From contig JBEBGT010000002.1 of assembly GCA_040081365.1 (NCBI GenBank), positions 1 through 32,090 on the forward strand: a DNA stretch of 32,090 bases, in the 5' to 3' direction. Both the position numbers and the translations under genes were made by a program. Positions 30,221 to 32,090 of this stretch are shown in pieces. The notes beneath the pieces were generated by a model. It saw only the letters and a list, made by a program, of their open reading frames with translations, had not been told where the DNA came from and did no database searches. Source of the stretch: Candidatus Eiseniibacteriota bacterium. GTDB taxonomy: Bacteria; Eisenbacteria; RBG-16-71-46. Numbering within the stretch: position 1 is the stretch's first letter; each line of letters begins with the position of its first letter.

Positions 30221-30712
30221 CGCGCGCTCGATGCGGCAACTGAAGCAACCGGGCTTAGCGTTGTGCGCGTGCACGTAGGCCACGTCGGGCTCGGCGAACA
30301 TCCCACACACGACCGTCGCGAACTCGCGGCCCTCGGCGACGGTGGCCGCGAGCAGCATGTCGCTGTCGTCATAGGCGCGAATGGACAGGAGCCGGGTGGC
30401 CACGACGTCCGGCACCTCGCCGGCGGCGAGCGTGCGCTCCGCGGCGGCTTCGCGCACATAGACCGGGCCCGAGGCCCGGTAGGGGCCGGCCACGTCGTGG
30501 TGCACGTGGCTCAGCAGGATCAGCGTCTCGCCGGGTTCGGCATCGGCGAGGCTCACGCGGCACGGATAGCCGGGGTTGCTGTCAGCGACCACGCGGCGCA
30601 TCCCGCGTGTCGCGAGCTCGGAGTCGGTGAGCGCGAACAGTGGCGCGAACGGCGCGAGCGGCAGGCCGATGATGCGGAACGAAGTGGTCGGGGGTGCGGT
30701 CGTGGCAGACAT
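30215..30712 (-). CDS. DUF1203 family protein
   Basis: The NPGYPCRVSL motif and the overall ~165 aa length match my recollection of DUF1203. The 3' ends overlap convergently by 6 nt with the preceding gene. Confidence 0.65.
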   Translation of the reverse strand: MSATTAPPTTSFRIIGLPLAPFAPLFALTDSELATRGMRRVVADSNPGYPCRVSLADAEPGETLILLSHVHHDVAGPYRASGPVYVREAAAERTLAAGEVPDVVATRLLSIRAYDDSDMLLAATVAEGREFATVVCGMFAEPDVAYVHAHNAKPGCFSCRIERAS

Positions 30713-30737
30713 GGGAGCTCCGGAGAAGAAGTCGAGG

Positions 30738-31292
30738 TCAGAGTGGTAGCGAGCCCTGTTCGGCGAGCGCGGTGAAGCGCGCTCGTTCGTGCTGGAGCAG
30801 CCACTGCTTCATGGGCAGCCCGCCGCCGTAGCCCCACAGCGTGCCGTCGGCGGCGATGACGCGATGGCACGGGATGAACAGCGCCAGGATGTTGGCCCCG
30901 TTGGCTGCGGCGACGGCCCGCACTGCCGTGGGGTGATCGATCGCGGCGGCGAGCTGCGCATACGACAACGTCTCGCCGGCCTTCACCGCACGCAACCGCG
31001 TCCAGCAACGCCGTTGGAACGCGGTGCCGGTGATGCGCAGCGGTTGTTCGTCGAGCGCGGCGAACTCACCGGCGAAATAGCGCTCCAGGCGCGTGGCGGC
31101 CCCGGCGGCGTCCGGGGCGCAGCGCGTGTTGAACGCGCCCAAGTGGCGGGCCAGGAACTTCTCGTGCCGTAGCTCCGGGCCATGGCGGCCGTCGAGCGTG
31201 ACACCGACGAGGTCGTGCTCCAACCCATAGAGCCCGATGGGGCCCACGGGCGTGTGCGCGATCGTGAGGTCGAGCATGAGTGAGGTCTTCAT
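30738..31292 (-). CDS. ogt: Methylated-DNA--protein-cysteine methyltransferase
   Basis: The active site is IPCHRVI, with upstream TAFQRRCWTRLRAVKAGETLSYAQLA and downstream GYGGGLPMKQWLLQHE. ATG 31292 overlaps the alkA stop (ATGA). Confidence 0.92.
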   Translation of the reverse strand: MKTSLMLDLTIAHTPVGPIGLYGLEHDLVGVTLDGRHGPELRHEKFLARHLGAFNTRCAPDAAGAATRLERYFAGEFAALDEQPLRITGTAFQRRCWTRLRAVKAGETLSYAQLAAAIDHPTAVRAVAAANGANILALFIPCHRVIAADGTLWGYGGGLPMKQWLLQHERARFTALAEQGSLPL

Positions 31293-32090
31293 CGCGGGGC
31301 CTTTCGTGCCGAACGCGCTCTTGAACGAGTGGCGTGTGTTGGAGTGATCGCGGGCCGCGCCCGGCGGGGCTTGCGGCCGGTGCTCGGTGCCAGCTTCGGT
31401 TCGGTCCACAGCGCGAGCACCGCGTACGAACGCCACGGCCGCCAACGCTCCGCGCGCTCGCGCACCTGGCGCTCGCTCGGCAGCACGCCGCGCACGGCCA
31501 GCGCCTGGCGCACGCCCAGGTCGCCGGCGGGGAATGCGTCGGGCTCGCCCAGCGCGCGCATGGCCAGGTATTGCGCGGTCCAATCGCCGATGCCGGGCAG
31601 GGACACCAGCTTCGCCACCGCATCGTCGAGATCGCGGAACGCACCCAGGTCGAGCGCGCCGCTCGCCACCGCGGCCGCGAAGCCGCGCAGTGCCGCTGCG
31701 CGTGAACGCGTGAGGCCCAGCGTCTCGAGCGGTGCGGCCGCCACGGCGGCGGGTGTGGGGAACACGTGCGTGAGCGCGCCAGCCGGCGCATGCAGCGGTG
31801 CGCCGGCGGCGGCCACCAGCCGGCCCGCCAGCGTGCGGGCGGCCGCCACGCTCACCTGCTGGCCGAGCAGTGCGCGCACGCCGGCTTCGAACGCGTCGAA
31901 CGCGCCCGGCACGCGCACGACGCGGCCCTTGAACGCACGCGCGAGCCGGGGGTCGCGCGACAGCGCGGCCGCGATCGCCACCACGTCGGCATCGAGATCG
32001 AACATGCGCGAGACGCGGCTCAGGACGCGTGGCAATGCTGCGGCCGCGGTGGCCGGCAGGCGCAGTTCCACGCCATCGGTGCGTGCGCGC
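31289..32090 (-). CDS. alkA: DNA-3-methyladenine glycosylase II (HhH-GPD superfamily), 5'-truncated by the window edge
   Basis: The HhH-GPD region is LVSLPGIGDWTAQYLAMRALGEPDAFPAGDLGVRQAL, with QQVSVAAARTLAGRL upstream. The frame stays open from the track start (GTG 32071) to nt 32089, so the gene continues beyond the window. Confidence 0.85.
   Translation of the reverse strand, partial: RARTDGVELRLPATAAAALPRVLSRVSRMFDLDADVVAIAAALSRDPRLARAFKGRVVRVPGAFDAFEAGVRALLGQQVSVAAARTLAGRLVAAAGAPLHAPAGALTHVFPTPAAVAAAPLETLGLTRSRAAALRGFAAAVASGALDLGAFRDLDDAVAKLVSLPGIGDWTAQYLAMRALGEPDAFPAGDLGVRQALAVRGVLPSERQVRERAERWRPWRSYAVLALWTEPKLAPSTGRKPRRARPAITPTHATRSRARSARKAPR

Overview
Very GC-rich bacterial chromosomal window. 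GC was not computed; by eye it is well above 65%, with a visibly less GC-rich block at about 2.96-9.0 kb. I support about 26 protein-coding genes, mostly on the minus strand. I found no rRNA, tRNA, CRISPR array, transposase or integrase. Many of the long ORFs in the six-frame track are Arg/Ala/Gly/Pro-rich shadow ORFs typical of high-GC DNA.

Layout, left to right:
1. A metal-handling pair: an HMA-domain protein and a P1B-type ATPase with SPC and HEGST signatures.
2. A ~6 kb two-gene block bracketed by ~125-134 nt direct repeats. It encodes a Cys-rich 926 aa secreted protein and a 12-blade Kelch protein, both ending in FlgD-Ig-like C-terminal domains. The repeats are copies of the convergent junction between the ATPase 3' end and the DUF1080 gene 3' end.
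3. A DUF1080/LamG-like secreted protein.
4. A tightly coupled five-gene minus-strand cluster at 9860-18426. In transcription order it encodes a 5-TM His-pair membrane protein, a membrane-anchored Zn-ribbon/2x FeS/FAD-NAD(P) oxidoreductase, a 20-CxxCH cytochrome, a 25-CxxCH cytochrome and a large putative outer-membrane beta-barrel.
5. Arginase, a thermolysin-like metalloprotease with the same FlgD-like C-terminal domain, and a coupled trio (hypothetical protein, small membrane protein, S9 peptidase).
6. A MerR(SoxR-like)-photolyase-HDAC-HhH operon with a textbook MerR-type 19-nt-spacer promoter facing a divergent small secreted protein.
7. DUF1203, ogt and a 5'-truncated alkA.

The most interesting candidate is the five-gene cluster. 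I read it as a porin-cytochrome-type trans-envelope electron conduit with 45 haem motifs in two proteins. Its inner-membrane module looks like a split ferric-reductase/NOX-type unit (Hx13H dihaem-b-like membrane protein plus FeS flavoprotein), not the usual quinol dehydrogenases. This is inference from motifs and gene order, not a demonstrated function.
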